Under the pieces are notes generated by a model. That model was not told the DNA's origin. It did not search any database and saw only the letters and a list, made by a program, of their open reading frames with translations. Positions 1 through 14,151 of a DNA stretch of 64,000 nucleotides are shown piece after piece; position 1 is the stretch's first letter, and the number at the start of each line of letters is the position of its first letter. Position numbers and translations under genes: made by a program. The DNA is from Sphagnum compactum (taxonomy: Eukaryota), in NCBI GenBank assembly GCA_965153455.1, contig OZ234493.1, forward strand, positions 7,926,213-7,990,212, in the 5' to 3' direction.

Positions 1-1525
1 CTATTTACCTACTTACCTACCTACCTAATTACTACTATTTATATTTTTTGAAACCATAAAATTAAATATAAAATTGATGCCTAGAATATAATTAAAACAT
101 CCAAGTTGGGATTATTGTTCAAAGGTTTATTTAAATGAATATCTTCTTTGAATTTCTTGACATTAAATGATGAAATACATTTTTATTAATGATATCCAAA
201 GAATTTCAAAAGAAATCCACATGCCCCAAATTGACATTGTTTTATATGTTTTCATGTGATGGGTAATAAAAGCTATAAATTTGATATTCATTAATTTATC
301 AAAGTATTTGGTCATTTATGATGAAAAGTGGATGGTAATGAGTGTTAGTATGGATAATTTTTAAAATCATGATTGATTAGATCCAACATAGAAGAAAATG
401 GATAATGGATGGATGTTATTCATCAAAGAATGATAAATGAATGTTCATGGATGAATTATGACAATAAGTTTTTTCAAAATAAATCAAAAAAATGTTTACA
501 TGCGTTTTTGTATTTTGTGTGGGGCCAATGGATGTGGAGGCTGATTTGGGGAAAAAGGTGGGGAATTGAACATGTCAAAAGAATTGTGGAAGGACATCAA
601 TGACATAATAAATTATTGTGAATTCAATTAGCCATTGTTTGGGTTTATAAATGGGCCATAATATTGTGACATTATTATTATTTGATAATAAAATGGTAAG
701 ATGTTTCCACTCTTATGAATGTAGATCAAAATTTGGAGTTTAATTATGGGAATGCTTGATATGAGTGCACAAGGTGCTATAGCTCCAAAGTTGAAAATAC
801 AAGAAGAGGAGAATCCTAACGTATAAATTGAAAAAATATTTAGTTGCAAATATAAATAATCAAAAAGACCAAATTGCAAAAATATATGATAGATCAATAA
901 TTGTTGAAGAAACGTCAAAAACAAAACTATTGATATGCATAGATTGAAGGGTTGAACAAAAAATGAACTATGCATGACATGTAGCAATAATATGAATTAC
1001 ATAGGAACCTTATTAAATATCATGATTTAAGTGTGCAAAAGGTTTACTATTTTTGGTTACATGTATCATTTTATTCTTGACAAATAAAGGAAATGTGCGT
1101 ATATTTGTGGTGATTTAATATGAAGTCAATTGAAAGAATTGAATCATTTTAACAAAAATCAAGGAAGGGGTTTTAAGGTTCAAGGTCATGGAAGAAAAAG
1201 GAAAATTATTTTTAATTTACAAGTGGAAATGATGAAAAAATGGCAAAGGAAAAAACCTTGCATGAGTCTTGTAGTCCTAAATGCATATGTTAGAATCAAG
1301 GAACATAATAGTTTTAAAACATTTTTTCATTTGAAAATTGAGCAAATGCAATATTATAACACAAATTTCTTTAAAAAATTAAACATGGGGGTTTTAAACA
1401 CGTGATTAAAAATTACACATAATAGTTGGATAATGCAATATTTGAATGCATTTTGTCACAAGTATTTTCCAGTATTAGACATGTACATATCAATTGGGTA
1501 AGCATATATATATATTTTAAAAATG

Positions 1526-3928
1526 CACTACAAAGAATTTGCATATGAACAACTAGTTTTTTAGACTATTTTTCAATCATAAATGCCACATGTGATTACA
1601 ATTTGCTCTAGTCGATTTAGACAAGTCACATAAAATTTCAATCGCAAAAACAAAACGTGGCATGAAGTTCAAATGACAATCGCATAAAGATGCAACTTAT
1701 ATGAACGTTTCATGCATCCAAACAAGCTTACATGGCATTGTCATTTTACAACTGCTTTTACAATTAAGCAATGTAGTTGTATTATTTACATGAACATTTC
1801 TAAATATATAATATTTAAATATTAAAAATAAGATTATTACTTTTGTATTTACATATATTATATTATCGATAATTTCATGAATTTCAACTTATAAGTTGTT
1901 GACATGTGTCATTACCTAGGCCAGGCTAAAAACCTAGTTTATGTTACTAATAAGGCCGCCTAATTCATCTACCTAGTAATCTAAGTAGGTAGGGAATATT
2001 CGATCAATTTACCACTATTGATTGCAACTCATTTCATTTGTGAGAATTGGTTTTTGAACCAAAAAATGGAGATCAACTCCTTTACCACCAAGCCACCCCA
2101 TTTTTTGCGACTATATAGTAATGTGCATTTTATTTACATTACTTGATTTAAAACATTACACAAAACATCATTTCTGATATTTGATATCTTATTGATATTT
2201 TGTCCAAATGACAAGATTTAAGGTTTTTTCAATAATGTACACAACTTTCTTTTTTCCTTTAAAAATTTTGAACAAAATTGAAAAAAAAATTATTTGAATT
2301 TTGTTATTAAATACCATTTCAATGACCATTTGGAAAAGTTTAATTCAAGCACATGATTTATAAATGGAAAAAAAAATTGTGGATAATATAATAACAAATA
2401 AAATTATATATTTTGTTTCTAAAACCTTCATTTGATTCTAAAAATTATATTATAAATTTTTTTTTGAATATCATAATTTTAATATTTGAATTAATCTAGA
2501 TGTGTGATATATAATTTTGTCACATATAATATTTATAATTGGATATAAATGAATTATAATAAATATTTTATATTAACCACATTATTTCTGATGTAAAAGG
2601 TTAACCTAAAAATATGATTTTAACTTTTAAATATTAATTAATTCCATAAAATTAATTGATTTTATGGATCTATATATTTTATTACTTTTACACTTATAAT
2701 ATATTGAGTTTTACTTAAAATCATGGTTAAAAAATTATGTAAAAAATTTATATATTTTCACATCTCAAACTTTTATTATATATTATATATTTTATTATAA
2801 TATATCATAATTGTACCAACGAAAATTGATTTAGGTATATGATATATAACTTAATCACATAAAATGTTGATAGATGGATCATAAATTAACCCTACTACCT
2901 AGTTAGCGTATTCAATAAATAAATTAGATTGCCTACCTAATTAAGCAATTAATTTTCAAAAATCACATATCAATATGGCACAGTACCTACTATTTAACCC
3001 ACATACATATGACCTACTAGCTACCTATTACCTAACCTAATCGCTAGATTAATTACATAGTTTATTTATTAAGTACTTATTTTAAAATATAAAAAAATCA
3101 TCACATATTAAATTACCCATACTATCTGTTACTTAACCCATGTACATACTTCCTACTACATATCTTATTTAATAACTACCTGCTATCTAGCTTAATTTAT
3201 AAATAGATTAATTGCATAGCCTACCTAATTAATTAATTAAACATAACACTATTTCATTCAACACAATAAAATACCTATTAATAATTATTTTACTTATATA
3301 TACTAGTACCCTATACCTATTACTTATTACCTAGCCTACCCAATTAATTAACTAATTAAGAAAACATTGATATATCAACATGATAAAATTTAATGTTGGA
3401 AATTCAAAATAATGGTCCATATTTACCATTTCTATGGGTCCTCTAAAGTTTCACAAACTTACCAAACCTTATTACACCTTTAATGGTTAGTTCATTAAAA
3501 AACATAAAGAAAATATTAGACCATTAAATCCAACAATTTCATTGGCCAATTCATTTTTGTTACATTAATTATATGTACATTTGTAACTAGGATTTATAGT
3601 CACAATTGAAGTTGAATAAAATGTCATATGGTGTTTAATGGCCTATGAACCACATCCCAAATCACAAAAATAACTACATTTTCACTTATTTTGAGATGCC
3701 AATAAAAAATTGTATAAGTTCATTTTTCATCTTCACTTTCATCCACATTGACATTGGTCACAAGTCATAGCAAATATTCAATTACAAACCACTTTTTAGT
3801 TGTTTTTATGACTACATTGTTTTTACCATGGTGCCACAGAGGATAGTCGCATCAATAGTCAAAAAAACGATTGATTTGGACACAAGTTGTAAATGTGTGG
3901 GTTGGAATGGACAAAATTTCTTATAATG
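1526..3928. mobile_element. Non-autonomous CACTA (En/Spm) element, old copy, 2403 bp
   Basis: Left end is CACTACAAAGAATTT (1526). Right end AAATTTCTTATAATG (3914-3928) reverse-complements to CATTATAAGAAATTT, an 11/15 match with all mismatches being transitions. A 3-bp TSD ATG flanks both sides (1523-1525, 3929-3931). Short (G)CAACT/AGTCA/AGTTG-like subterminal motifs occur at both ends, and the AT-rich interior has no coding remnant. Confidence 0.7.
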
Positions 3929-5930
3929 ATGTTATTCAAATAAAAGTGTAAAATGAAATATGATAAAATAGACACAAAAAATAGACGATTCAACTTTTAT
4001 CTTGTATCACGCATATAAAAAAATCAAGTAGCATCGAAATGGTTGGAATTGTAACAGAAAACCTTTTTTGCCTTTTATTACACTCATAAGAATATACATA
4101 CAAAAATGTAAGAAAATTTTAAAAATTTAAATATACAAAGAAATCTAAAAAATGGATTATAAATTCATGTTTGGGAACTTTTAACACAAAACGCTTAATA
4201 AAATATATTTATATTAGGATAGGATATAACAATGATTGTATTTTTTAAAGTGCTATAAAAATTTATTTTACTTTCCATTGTTAAAATATACTTGACACAT
4301 ATTTAAAACAAAACATAACAATGTGAAAAGTAGATTTCACAACTACTTGTATTCAAAAAACGATTGAAACTTTATTGAAACAAGGTGAAAATTAAAAATT
4401 AATACATAATAGTGAAGAATTATCTTGTCTTTAATCATTCAAGCTAAAAAATTCAATGCATCATAATTGTATGACAAGTTTATTTATTTATTTATACTTA
4501 CTTTTCAAGTAGATAGTCGAAGCAAAAAAAAAAAACTTTATCATGTTTTCACCCTATACAATGTTTTCAAAATTTTCAATCTTACTAAGGGTAACTGTAT
4601 GTATGATATGCAAAATGATCAATTAAGATAAGACAATTAAAGGTAAATGATAAACATTTACGTTTAATTCATGGGGTAATTTAACCCTCACCTTACATAT
4701 ATTGTATGGTATATATGGATAAATGTAAAATAAAGGGAGGATAAATCAAAATGTGTAAACGTTTGTTTATTATGACTCACATGCCCCAATTTGATAAACA
4801 ATTAGTTTTCAATTGGTGCTATAAACGTGAATATATCAAATTAAAAGAAAAGATAATGAAATTCTTCAACACTATTTTAGTGCCACATTAAGGCTATCCA
4901 TATAATGGTGAATGGAAGTACATTTGTGAAGGATTATGGTACATGATTAAAAAATTATATGGTAAAAAGATTGTTAAAAAAAAAATGCAATGAACATAAA
5001 TAAAGTTATAAGATTAGAAAAATAATTTGTCACCAAAATATGAAATTCATCCCTAAAAATGGAAATGAATATATGCTAGATAGCGATTTTGGCACATACC
5101 TTCATATTACAAACCTTAAAATAGTTCCTTTTCAAGTAAATATTAGGTAGGTAGGGGAAAACGTGGTAAGTGCAAAGTATTTATTAACCAAGTAGGGGAA
5201 AAAACAAATTTCAAATAAGGTATTGATAAAAAAAAACACCAAACAAGATATTATTAAACCTATTTGGTTGGAATTTACCCATGGATATATTAGGGTAAAA
5301 GATTTACCTATCCAACAATGGTACCTTTTCTTAATCTTGATGAAAACATGATGATGTTCACTAATGTCAAACCATTATTTGTAGTCCAACAATGAATGTT
5401 ATTCCTTTTGAACCACAAGCTTTGGAAGTTGTGTTCAAAATTAATGAAAGTTCAAAGTTCAAGCCAACAAAATAATAGGTCATGGAAAAGCTTGAGTAAG
5501 ATCAATGGTATTGCTACTGAATTGGATGTGAGTTGGCATGGAAAAGTGTGTATGAAATTGACAAAGTTTTTATGCAATACAAGGGAAGGCATTAGAAGGG
5601 AACATGTTGGAATATGTTTAATAAAAAAACTATGTTGGGGAAAAAGGGTTGTGCAAAAGGAAATCCATTGATGTAGCCAACATATGTGTATATTATGATT
5701 TCTCTTGTTGGGTAAAAGCATATTAACATCTTCAAAAACATTTGTCATAAATTTTTTTCTTTTAAAGTGTTGGGACTCTTGTTAAGGTTTGTACATTAAA
5801 TTTCAAATTATTATAAGTTTTTTTAGTTATATACGATTAGTTTGAAATTTCATTCCTTTCAAAATGTCTAATACATGATGAAATTTTTATAAGTATACAT
5901 AAAATATTTAACAATTGATACTTATTAGAA

Positions 5931-6213
5931 ACATGGGTTTTTGTTTTTTCAATTATGTGATGTAATCAAATTGGCAATCATTCATAAGAGGAATCAGACA
6001 GATTTGGTTACATGTAAGAGATGAAAAGGTAACATTTTAAGAATCTTGTCATATTTTGGCGACTTGTTAGAATATATTATCTAAATATGGTAATTCAAAA
6101 GTTTTCTTTTTGAGATTTAATGATTTTGGCATAATTTTTTCACAAAAATCCTTTGTATTCAAGTTGCATTTGGATTTATTTTGGTAAAATAATTAGTTAA
6201 AGAAATGTTGGTC
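5931..6213 (+). mobile_element. Short dispersed repeat (MITE-like family A), copy 1
   Basis: The core TGTGATGTAATCAAATTGGCAATCATTCATAAGAGG...GATTTGG is recognisably similar, in reverse orientation, to 11490-11545 and 17670-17740. Ends are T/A-rich and boundaries are approximate. Confidence 0.45.
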
Positions 6214-8379
6214 ACAAAGCGCAAAAAAATATGGATTTATTTCAAGTGTGATATTTGATAGGTTTTTGTGTAATTTCTAATATTGGCCAACAATGATTTG
6301 AACCATTGTTGGCTAGTTCATTGCACTAGTTCAATTTTTTGGCTTGTTTTTTAGTTTTATTGTATTTGAAATAGAAATTCAAAAATTATATTAAACAATA
6401 TTTTGATATGGATCGTGCAAATGCCCTTGTGATGATTTTGAAACCTAACCTAGACCAAGTTATTATCATTTTTAAACACATAATAGTTCTCTAATTATAA
6501 ATTACAATTTAAAATAAGAACAACAAAGGGTTACATTTTATGCAATTTATTAGTTTTAATCAATTGTACATATGAATTAATACACATTTAAAATCTTTGA
6601 TGCTATTGTTGGGGTCCAAACATGGTTATTTAAACCACAAATGTTCCTTGTAGCATAAATGAAAAGTAACCATTAAATATGCTTTGATATGTTGAACTTT
6701 AAAAAAATTATTTAGTTCAAGGATTAATATGAATATTTTCTTCAACTTTGTGAAAACTTTAAATAAGGATTACATGTTTAAAATAGGTTTAAGTAGATTC
6801 AAGGAATTCAAGCAAAGCTCACAATCTCCTTTATAGCCTTTAAATAGGTTGTAAATGAATGAAATATCACATTTAAAAAAAAATTGAATTCATGGGGTCC
6901 TAAAATGTACTTTTGGCTTTTGATTTTTTTCACATTATAATAAAATATATTTAGCTTGTAGGGTAAAATTAGGTTTGAAAAAAATATTTATCAATCAATT
7001 TCAAACCTACTTATTCCTTACTTTTATTATACTAAAGTTTTTCAAATTTTATATTCAGCTTACCATAAACCCAATGGAGGTGTAGATGTTTTCAAAATGA
7101 AAAATAAAAACCTTCCTAATCTACATTCTTGTGTTTTTGTAAAAGTTAATTGACATATTTTTAAATGGGATTTTAGGTGGACATACTTTTTAATCTAATT
7201 TACCGTGCTTGGACCTGTTGGTAATGTGCATTAGTTGGACAAAACTAATGGGTCCAAGCACAATATAGTGAGCCAAAGGAATCCTTTTAGGTGATTGCTC
7301 AAATAAGAAAAATGCAAATTGAGCAAAATTGGTTTGAACATGAGTTTTGTGATTTTTGTTTTATAAATTGTAATAACATTGTAAGATCCCAAAACATGTC
7401 CACATGAAAGAAGACATTTTTGAAGTAAGAATTTGTGTTATTTTTGTGTTTGGTTTTTGTTATTAGTTCATTAACCACAAAATGAAGTCTTGTAACTATC
7501 ACATGGAGGATCAAAATGTCCAAACTTGCCCACACATCATTCAAACAAGGTGTGGGCTTCTTTTGCTAGCCTATTAGTCCTATCATTCACATTGAATGTC
7601 ATTTTCACATTAAAGACCTATTGTTCAAATAATGTTGGGGTTTAATTTTGTTAAGAAAGTCTATAGCACACATTCAAAATATGAATGGATGTTTAGTGCA
7701 CACATGAGTGCTAAGTGAATTTAAACAATTAATAACCTAGCCTAGGTAAATTGTGCAAAAAAAAGGTTTTAGAATTTCATAGAACTTGGCCCTAGCCTTT
7801 TTGGTCCTCCCACCCTATTAGTAACAATCTCCCATCATCTTATGCCCATGTATGTTGCCCTCATTGTTGATTTTTTTGCTTTGGAAAATATTGTAACACC
7901 TTTCAAAAATTGAGTTTAATAAAAAAAACTTTTCAAATCAAAGGTCAATCAAATGGTGCTATTAGTGAAGCCCATCACATAACAAATTTGGGCAAATCCA
8001 ATCAACTTATCATTTAGTCCTAGGCTGTTTATTTTGAGAATGCTTCCACTATGGGGCTTTACCTATTGTAAAACATAACACAAAGGTAGTAAATTTTTAT
8101 CATGAACCTAAACATATCACAAACTTTCTATATGACGATTTGGCAAAAGAAATTGCGTGAAAATTGTTCTTTCATCAATTTGTATTTTTTGCAGATGAAT
8201 GTTGTGTGTTTAAAACACATATTTGAATCTTACTTTGATATGTTTTATACATGTTTTAGACAGATGACATTTATATGAAAAAAACATGAACCCATGAAAA
8301 AATAAAATTCACACCATTTCCATTACCAAATCGTGGGATGGGAAGTTCGGGATGCAAATATAGGGTAAACTAAACACTT

Positions 8380-8885
8380 GGTGTATCAAAAGGCTTAAAT
8401 CTTTGGACATTCTTTCATCACCTTTGGAGTTCAAAGATACATTTGTCATTTGATGCACCCATCACCATGAAGATCACTAAATAAGGACAAGAAATGAAGA
8501 AGATATGAGTTTTAAAAATAAAGGTGGTCAATGTTTGGTTATCAGCCTACTAAAATATTTTATTATTTGGAGCTTAAAATTTTTGGACATTGTTTTGTTG
8601 CCTGTAGAGTTCCAAGAAATTTTGTAGAGCTTTAGTTGATGCACCGATAGTTTTTTAAATTGCTGGAAATGGACAAAAAAATGAAGAAAATATGGGTTTG
8701 AAAATTAGGGGGGAGGTCAAATGTTGTTTTTCAAACATTTTGCGATTTCCACAACTTGTGCCTTTTGTCTTTCTTCATCATTGATCCTTTGCCTCTAGAG
8801 TTGAAAAAGGTATTGTATTCCTCCACTTGCCATAACCAAGATCACTAAAGAGGGATAAGAAATGAGTAAAATATGGTCAATGTTT
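8380..8885. repeat. Degenerate tandem triplication (~190-bp units), probable TE interior
   Basis: The motif chain CCT(T/G/C)TRGAGTT...ATCACTAAA...GGA(C/T)AAGAAATGA...ATATG recurs near 8420-8510, 8600-8695 and 8790-8875. A related motif occurs in reverse at ~40960-41230. Confidence 0.4.
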
Positions 8886-10723
8886 CTATACCAGCTTGTG
8901 TTTAAGTGGAGGGCATATTTACCCTGGATCACAAGGCATAGGAGTAAAGGGGTTCTTACACGAACTCCGCGAGAGTGGGATGGATCCTAAACCTATAAGA
9001 CACCTCCCACTCTTGAGGATGTTATAGGCTTATTATCCCTCCCACTTTTAAAGTATACATACTAGAACCCTTCTCTTTTCTAGGAGGATCTTCATGGGTA
9101 TAAGGTGCACTCCACACACACTAAGAGATTTTCTCCAAGTGTGCTTTAAGGCCAACTGAATGAGGTTTTCCTCCTAAATTGGTCAGCTGGGTCCCTGCTG
9201 CTACTTGCCTACTACAAGTGACAAAACAGGCAATGGAAACTAGTGCATGTCAGTCCTTACTCCTCCTGCAGAGAGCAAAGGAAAAGCAGTGGGACGATAA
9301 GGAAGGGGGCTGTGGCAGGACCCCAGCCAGATCACCAGATACACAGTAAGGTGGAAGCTGGAAAGTAGTATTCACAACCTTGCAATTTGCAATCCATAAC
9401 ACTCACAAATTGTGTACGTTTGGTCACCCAATTCTTTCTAATCTGAGCAGTATGGGGGAAGTGGACCAGCCTTGTTGGTGTGCAACTTGGCCGATGCATA
9501 TGTTGAAGCTCTAATATACTTACTGTGCTTTGGGTACAAAGCACATGTTAAGTGTGTACGAACTCCTGACATTTGATCCATGTCTTTCTTGAGTGTCCAA
9601 CTCGGGTAAACACACACTTTTATGATGGGAAAACCCCGAATTGTGAAACACTGTTTGTTGTCCAACGATAGAGAGAGACATTGAACAAGTCGTGTGAATG
9701 GAAAAAAACCACAGATGATGCCCAAGCTGTAGATTAGATGCTAACTTAATTGAATTGATTCGGGGTGGTGGAGGTGGTGGTGCCAAGAGCTCAAACAACA
9801 AAGAATTGTGATGAACGAAGATGGAAGGAGGGGGTGGGGGGGTTGTAAGTAAGTACATACTTAGCTGAACTACAAATTGTTGATTTGTGTGCTACACCAG
9901 TAGGTGGTGCTTAGTGCCCATGCCATAGATTTTATTATGAGGAGTTGCTGTTGGGTGCCCATGCCATATGTATTAATTTAGGCTTTATGTGTCCAGCTTT
10001 TGGTAAGTAAAAAGACGTGTATCTGAATGTACTTTAGTTCAATTGTTGTCCCTGGCTGTCTCATTTACAATCCTTGAAAAAATTTACTACCAAGTTATGA
10101 ATTGTGACACATTCATTAATAGAGTTACCACCTGTAAAGTAAAGTAAACTAAACTTGGGGTACTGGGCCCTAGTTTTGCCAAAACTGAGGATGAAATTTA
10201 TTGAAAAAACTCAGACTGAGAACCTTTAGTACACCCAAAAAAAAAGAGGGGATGAAACTGGTTTTTTTTCTTGCCTAAATTGGTCGTCACAGGAGTTTTT
10301 CATCATCGATTTTGGATTTGCCATACCTGTTGTGGCTTCACCCATGCTCACACTTTTCATTAATTCAAGGCTTCTCAGAGTAAAATGCTGCAAATGTTGT
10401 GAACTAATACCCAGTTACATTCAACAGAGTTTCACTCACTTTATGACTAAACTCAAATTGGGGATGAAACAAGGATTACAGGGTCAAACTAGGGCCCAAA
10501 GAGTTGGTAACTTTAAGGAAAAATCTTTTATTGTGCTAAAGATGGCAGGTGTGAAGTTCCAAGGTTACAGGTGAACGACCTCCATAGGCTACAAAGGTTA
10601 GACCGGAGTGAACCCATCATCCATGATTGCAAAGTGAAGGATGGATGGTTAGTGGGCAGGAAACAGTTTTCTGTTGGTTCCAGTTCCCTAGCAAACCATG
10701 GTGGTTAGCTCATCTGCTCTTTC

Positions 10724-10788
10724 CCTACCTACTAACAACCTGCCTGCTTGCTAACAGCTAGCAAGCAGGTGGGTTGTTAGTAGGTAGG
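10724..10788. repeat. Inverted repeat: 30-bp stem, 5-nt loop
   Basis: CCTACCTACTAACAACCTGCCTGCTTGCTA-acagc-TAGCAAGCAGGTGGGTTGTTAGTAGGTAGG. 28/30 positions are Watson-Crick and the other two are G:U-compatible on the + strand. Confidence 0.9.
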
Positions 10789-11259
10789 TAGGTAGGTTAA
10801 AAAAACAACCCTTACCTTTATAAACTATCTCCTTACTTAGAAGTCACATAATGTTCCTACCTATGTACCTACATGTAAGACCTACTTCTTACAGGATAGG
10901 TTACCAAGGTGAAACTGGATATGAACTCCAGTTGAGGTTCATCCACAATGGAGTCACAATGAGCATCCAGTGGATGGTGTGGCTTGTGTATGCTGATGGT
11001 TTCCACACTCTGGCAATTTTTTTAAGTAGCGAATTTTTGGCAAATTTTTGACAGAAAAGTATGATTTTCACCAATTTATTTTGTGGCAAAATTTTCTTAT
11101 CTTGGCCTTTAAGGAAAAATACTGGAGATGGGAATATTCTGTCGTTTATTCCTTATAAAAGGCATTTTTGCACACAACTTCCAATCCTTGGACAGTTAGT
11201 TTTCACATTTCAACTGTTTGCTATTGCTATTTTTACCACTGATTTCTAAACAATTGTGG

Positions 11260-11583
11260 CTATCAATGAATGACAGCAAAAATCTGGAGGAAAAAAAAAA
11301 AAAACCTAAATTCAACATTGGCAAAGGAATTGAATTTTCATGGGAAAAAGAAGGCCCAAATTCAGAAAATTTTGTGAGAAAAAACAAATTAGAAATCACT
11401 CCATCTATTATGGTAAGTTGCAGTAGGTAGCCAAGAATATAAAAAGCTCCTTATTCCTTTTTACTTTGAAATCTGGTATACAACCACCAGATTTAGCTAA
11501 ATGTTTTTTTCTGGATGATCATCACTTTTGGCTACATTAAAAAAAATTTGGAAAAAAAGGAAAAAAAAAAAGAAAAACCTTGC
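11260..11583 (-). mobile_element. Short dispersed repeat (MITE-like family A), copy 2
   Basis: Reverse-complement similarity to 5931-6213 and direct similarity to 17540-17740 (TAGCCAA..ATATA...TTTACTTT...GGCTA/ACATC...AAAA). Boundaries are approximate. Confidence 0.45.
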
Positions 11584-11689
11584 ATTGAAGTTGCAGTTCC
11601 TAGGCCAGTTGCAGTAAAGTCTGCTGATTAAAAAAGATTTATTGTTGGGTTTAAGTACTCAATGGATCAAGAGCATGAACACATGATGG

Positions 11690-11983
11690 CAGGGTTTTTT
11701 TTTTTTTTTTTTTTTGGGTGTTTTTTTTTGCTAAATTCCTCAAGTAGATCCACTGGCAAGGATCCCCAGAATTAACTAGCATTAAATGGCGACTGCCCTA
11801 GGTGGGCTGTACCATTTTAAAGTGGTGCTGCTGCTACAAGTGGCGACCTAGGAAGTACCTAGGACTAGGTGTGGCCAATTTAATTATTTTTATTTCAAAA
11901 AAATCACAAAATTTTCATTTTTTTTATGAAAGAAAAATAAATCGCGAAGTTGCGAAATTTTACGAAAAAAAAAAAAAACTCAG
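11690..11983 (+). mobile_element. hAT-type MITE family B, copy 1
   Basis: Starts CAGGGTTTTT. The interior (CAAGTAGATCCACTGGCAAG...ATTAACTAGCATTAAATGG...TACAAGTGG...CTAGGTGTGG) is collinear with 13879-14151. Confidence 0.65.
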
Positions 11984-13613
11984 AGTCTGTCTGCTTTCAT
12001 GGGTGTTTTTTGAATGAAACCAAGAACAAAAATGGAAAAAAAAGTTTGCAAGTGATCAAATGTTTGAAAGAAGGAGCTGTGTCTTGAAGAGGGATTGAGG
12101 AAATCGAGACAAAGTGTAAGAAGCGAGAATGATGGCGTTAACGAACTTCGATTGTCTCGTAGAAGAACGCAGTTGGGGGAGGTAATAATAATAATAATAA
12201 TGCGGCAATAAGCAAAAGAGCAGCTAATAATGAGGCGACGATTTCCAAAAGCTGCCTGTTGCATCGCGGCTTGATTGATTGGGTTGCAGGCAGGCTCACT
12301 AATTCCTCCTCCTCGCTTTCATCTTAATGAACAGCACTAAATGAATCACAAAGCTTGCAAGGCCCGGTGGTCATCGTAGGCATGCTTTTTTATTTGGGGT
12401 AAAATCTTGACGTGGAGGCAACCTGGGTTTTTGTGAAATGCCCCATGGGTTCTTAGTTAGGCTTGGCAAGTGTTCTTCCAAATAGGCTACAAAATCTTGT
12501 TACAGGCTTGTATGAGATCTAGACCCCTTACATTCTTTATGGCTTTCGGATTACAAAAAGAGAGAGAGAATATTATTTTTGTCATTTCTTCCCTTTTTGT
12601 TGGGAAAAAACTTCTCCACTTTTAGAGAAAAAAAGAAGATGAAATTCACCATACTTAGAACACAGTTATTTGATCCAAGGGCAATTAGTCGCCACATTTC
12701 AACTCTTCACTGCTTTTAGCACAGATTTCTAAAATGTTGTGACTATTGATCAATGTGCGACAATCAAAATCTAAATTTTTTAACAAAAAATCTACTTTCC
12801 TCCATGACCAGTAGTGAAAATTGGCTTTAAAGTGAATGATCGCGAACCCACCTACCTCACACAATTGGACCCAAAAAAAAAACAGAAGAAGAATTAAAAC
12901 CTTGCAGGCGAAATCCCAAGCAGGTAAGTTTAGTAGCTTATGTAAGTAGCTAGGTAGCAGGCAGGAGGATTCAGGACGTTGGAAATCACAAGAGCAAGCT
13001 GCAGGACAGCTTTTGGTTTTAATGGAATCCGTTGGGGGGGGGGGCGGGAGCGGGGGGGGGGGAAGATGAGGAATCAAGATTCACATCTTGCGAGGCATAG
13101 GGAATCCCGTTCCGTTGCACGTGACCAACGGACTTTACTCCGCGAGTTTAATGCCCCCCACGGTTGCTGCTGGCTGGCTGCTGGAGATCCCTCGATGGAT
13201 CATTCCATGGCCCGCATTACTTAGGACAACTTTCCATTAGGTTGGTGTGCATTACGGTGGTACCTGATGATGAGCTAGCCAACTCAAACTCACTCGGCCC
13301 GGCAAAGCCACAACTGCTTGCGCCTTCCTTCCTTGGGAATCATGTGTTGGATCTTTTGTTTTACTGCCGCATTCAATTTCATTTACGGCATTCCCTTAAA
13401 ACGCCTGACTGCTGCTGCTCCTGCCACTGCGCCTTGTCGGTCAAGAACACCAAAACGCCATGCATAGGACCTAACTATGATCACAGCAGCGTAATGGAAA
13501 GAGATCCTAAGTACTAATCTTCAGCCTTCCGCTGTTGTTTCCTTTTCTAGCTGTGCCTGTCACCTCCGTCAGGGAGAGACGAGCTAGGTCAGGGAGAGAC
13601 TAGCTAGGTACGT

Positions 13614-13831
13614 ATTATGGAACGTGCCGGGTACAAGCCAGCTTGTACCCGGCGGAGGTTATGTGCCTGTGAGGTATTTGTGCGAGCACGGTAGAACAAG
13701 CCCAAAATTCTGGAACGGGCAGTGAGCCAAGAAATTTAGCGGGCACAAAAATGGGCTTACCCAAATTCCTCACGGGCAGTGAAATAGGCACAGTGGCCTG
13801 AGTGTACCCAACACGTTCACATTTCCATAAT
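13614..13831. mobile_element. MITE with terminal inverted repeats
   Basis: Left ATTATGGAACGTGCCGGGTAC pairs with right GTACCCAACACGTTC(acatt)TCCATAAT. There is an internal palindrome GCCGGGTACAAGC-ca-GCTTGTACCCGGC. A TSD was not resolved. Confidence 0.55.
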
Positions 13832-13878
13832 TAAAAGTCTTTTTTTTGGGGGGGCCTTTTTTTCGATCCCCTTACAAG

Positions 13879-14151
13879 CAGGGTTTTTTGTTTCCTCCAA
13901 ATTTATCAAGCAGATCCAATGGCAAGTATCCTCAGCATTAACTAGCATTAAATGGTGACTGCTCTACTGGGGCTGTAGCATTTTTTTACCAAAGTGCTCT
14001 TACAAGTGGTGATTTAGGAAGCGCCTAGGTCTAGGTGTGGTTTAATATAATTATTTTGATTTTAAAAAATGACGAAAAAGTCATTAAAAATCAATTTCTT
14101 TTTCTTTTCACTTTCTCCAAAAAAAAATAAATCGCCAAAACAAAGCCACTG
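13879..14151 (+). mobile_element. hAT-type MITE family B, copy 2, with 8-bp TSD
   Basis: CAG...CTG termini are flanked by CTTACAAG (13871-13878) and CTTGCAAG (14152-14159), an 8-bp TSD with 1 mismatch that is typical of hAT elements. Collinear with 11690-11983. Confidence 0.7.

Noticed and set aside
409..8300. Short ORF-track ORFs in the AT-rich left block (and similar ones at 30-37 kb)
   Set aside because: They are low-complexity AT-driven translations with no recognisable domains, treated as chance ORFs in decayed repeats.
9620..9650. TIRGFPIIKV resembling the PDI/thioredoxin IRGFPTIK motif
   Set aside because: There is no CxxC or other thioredoxin-fold context, so it is likely chance.
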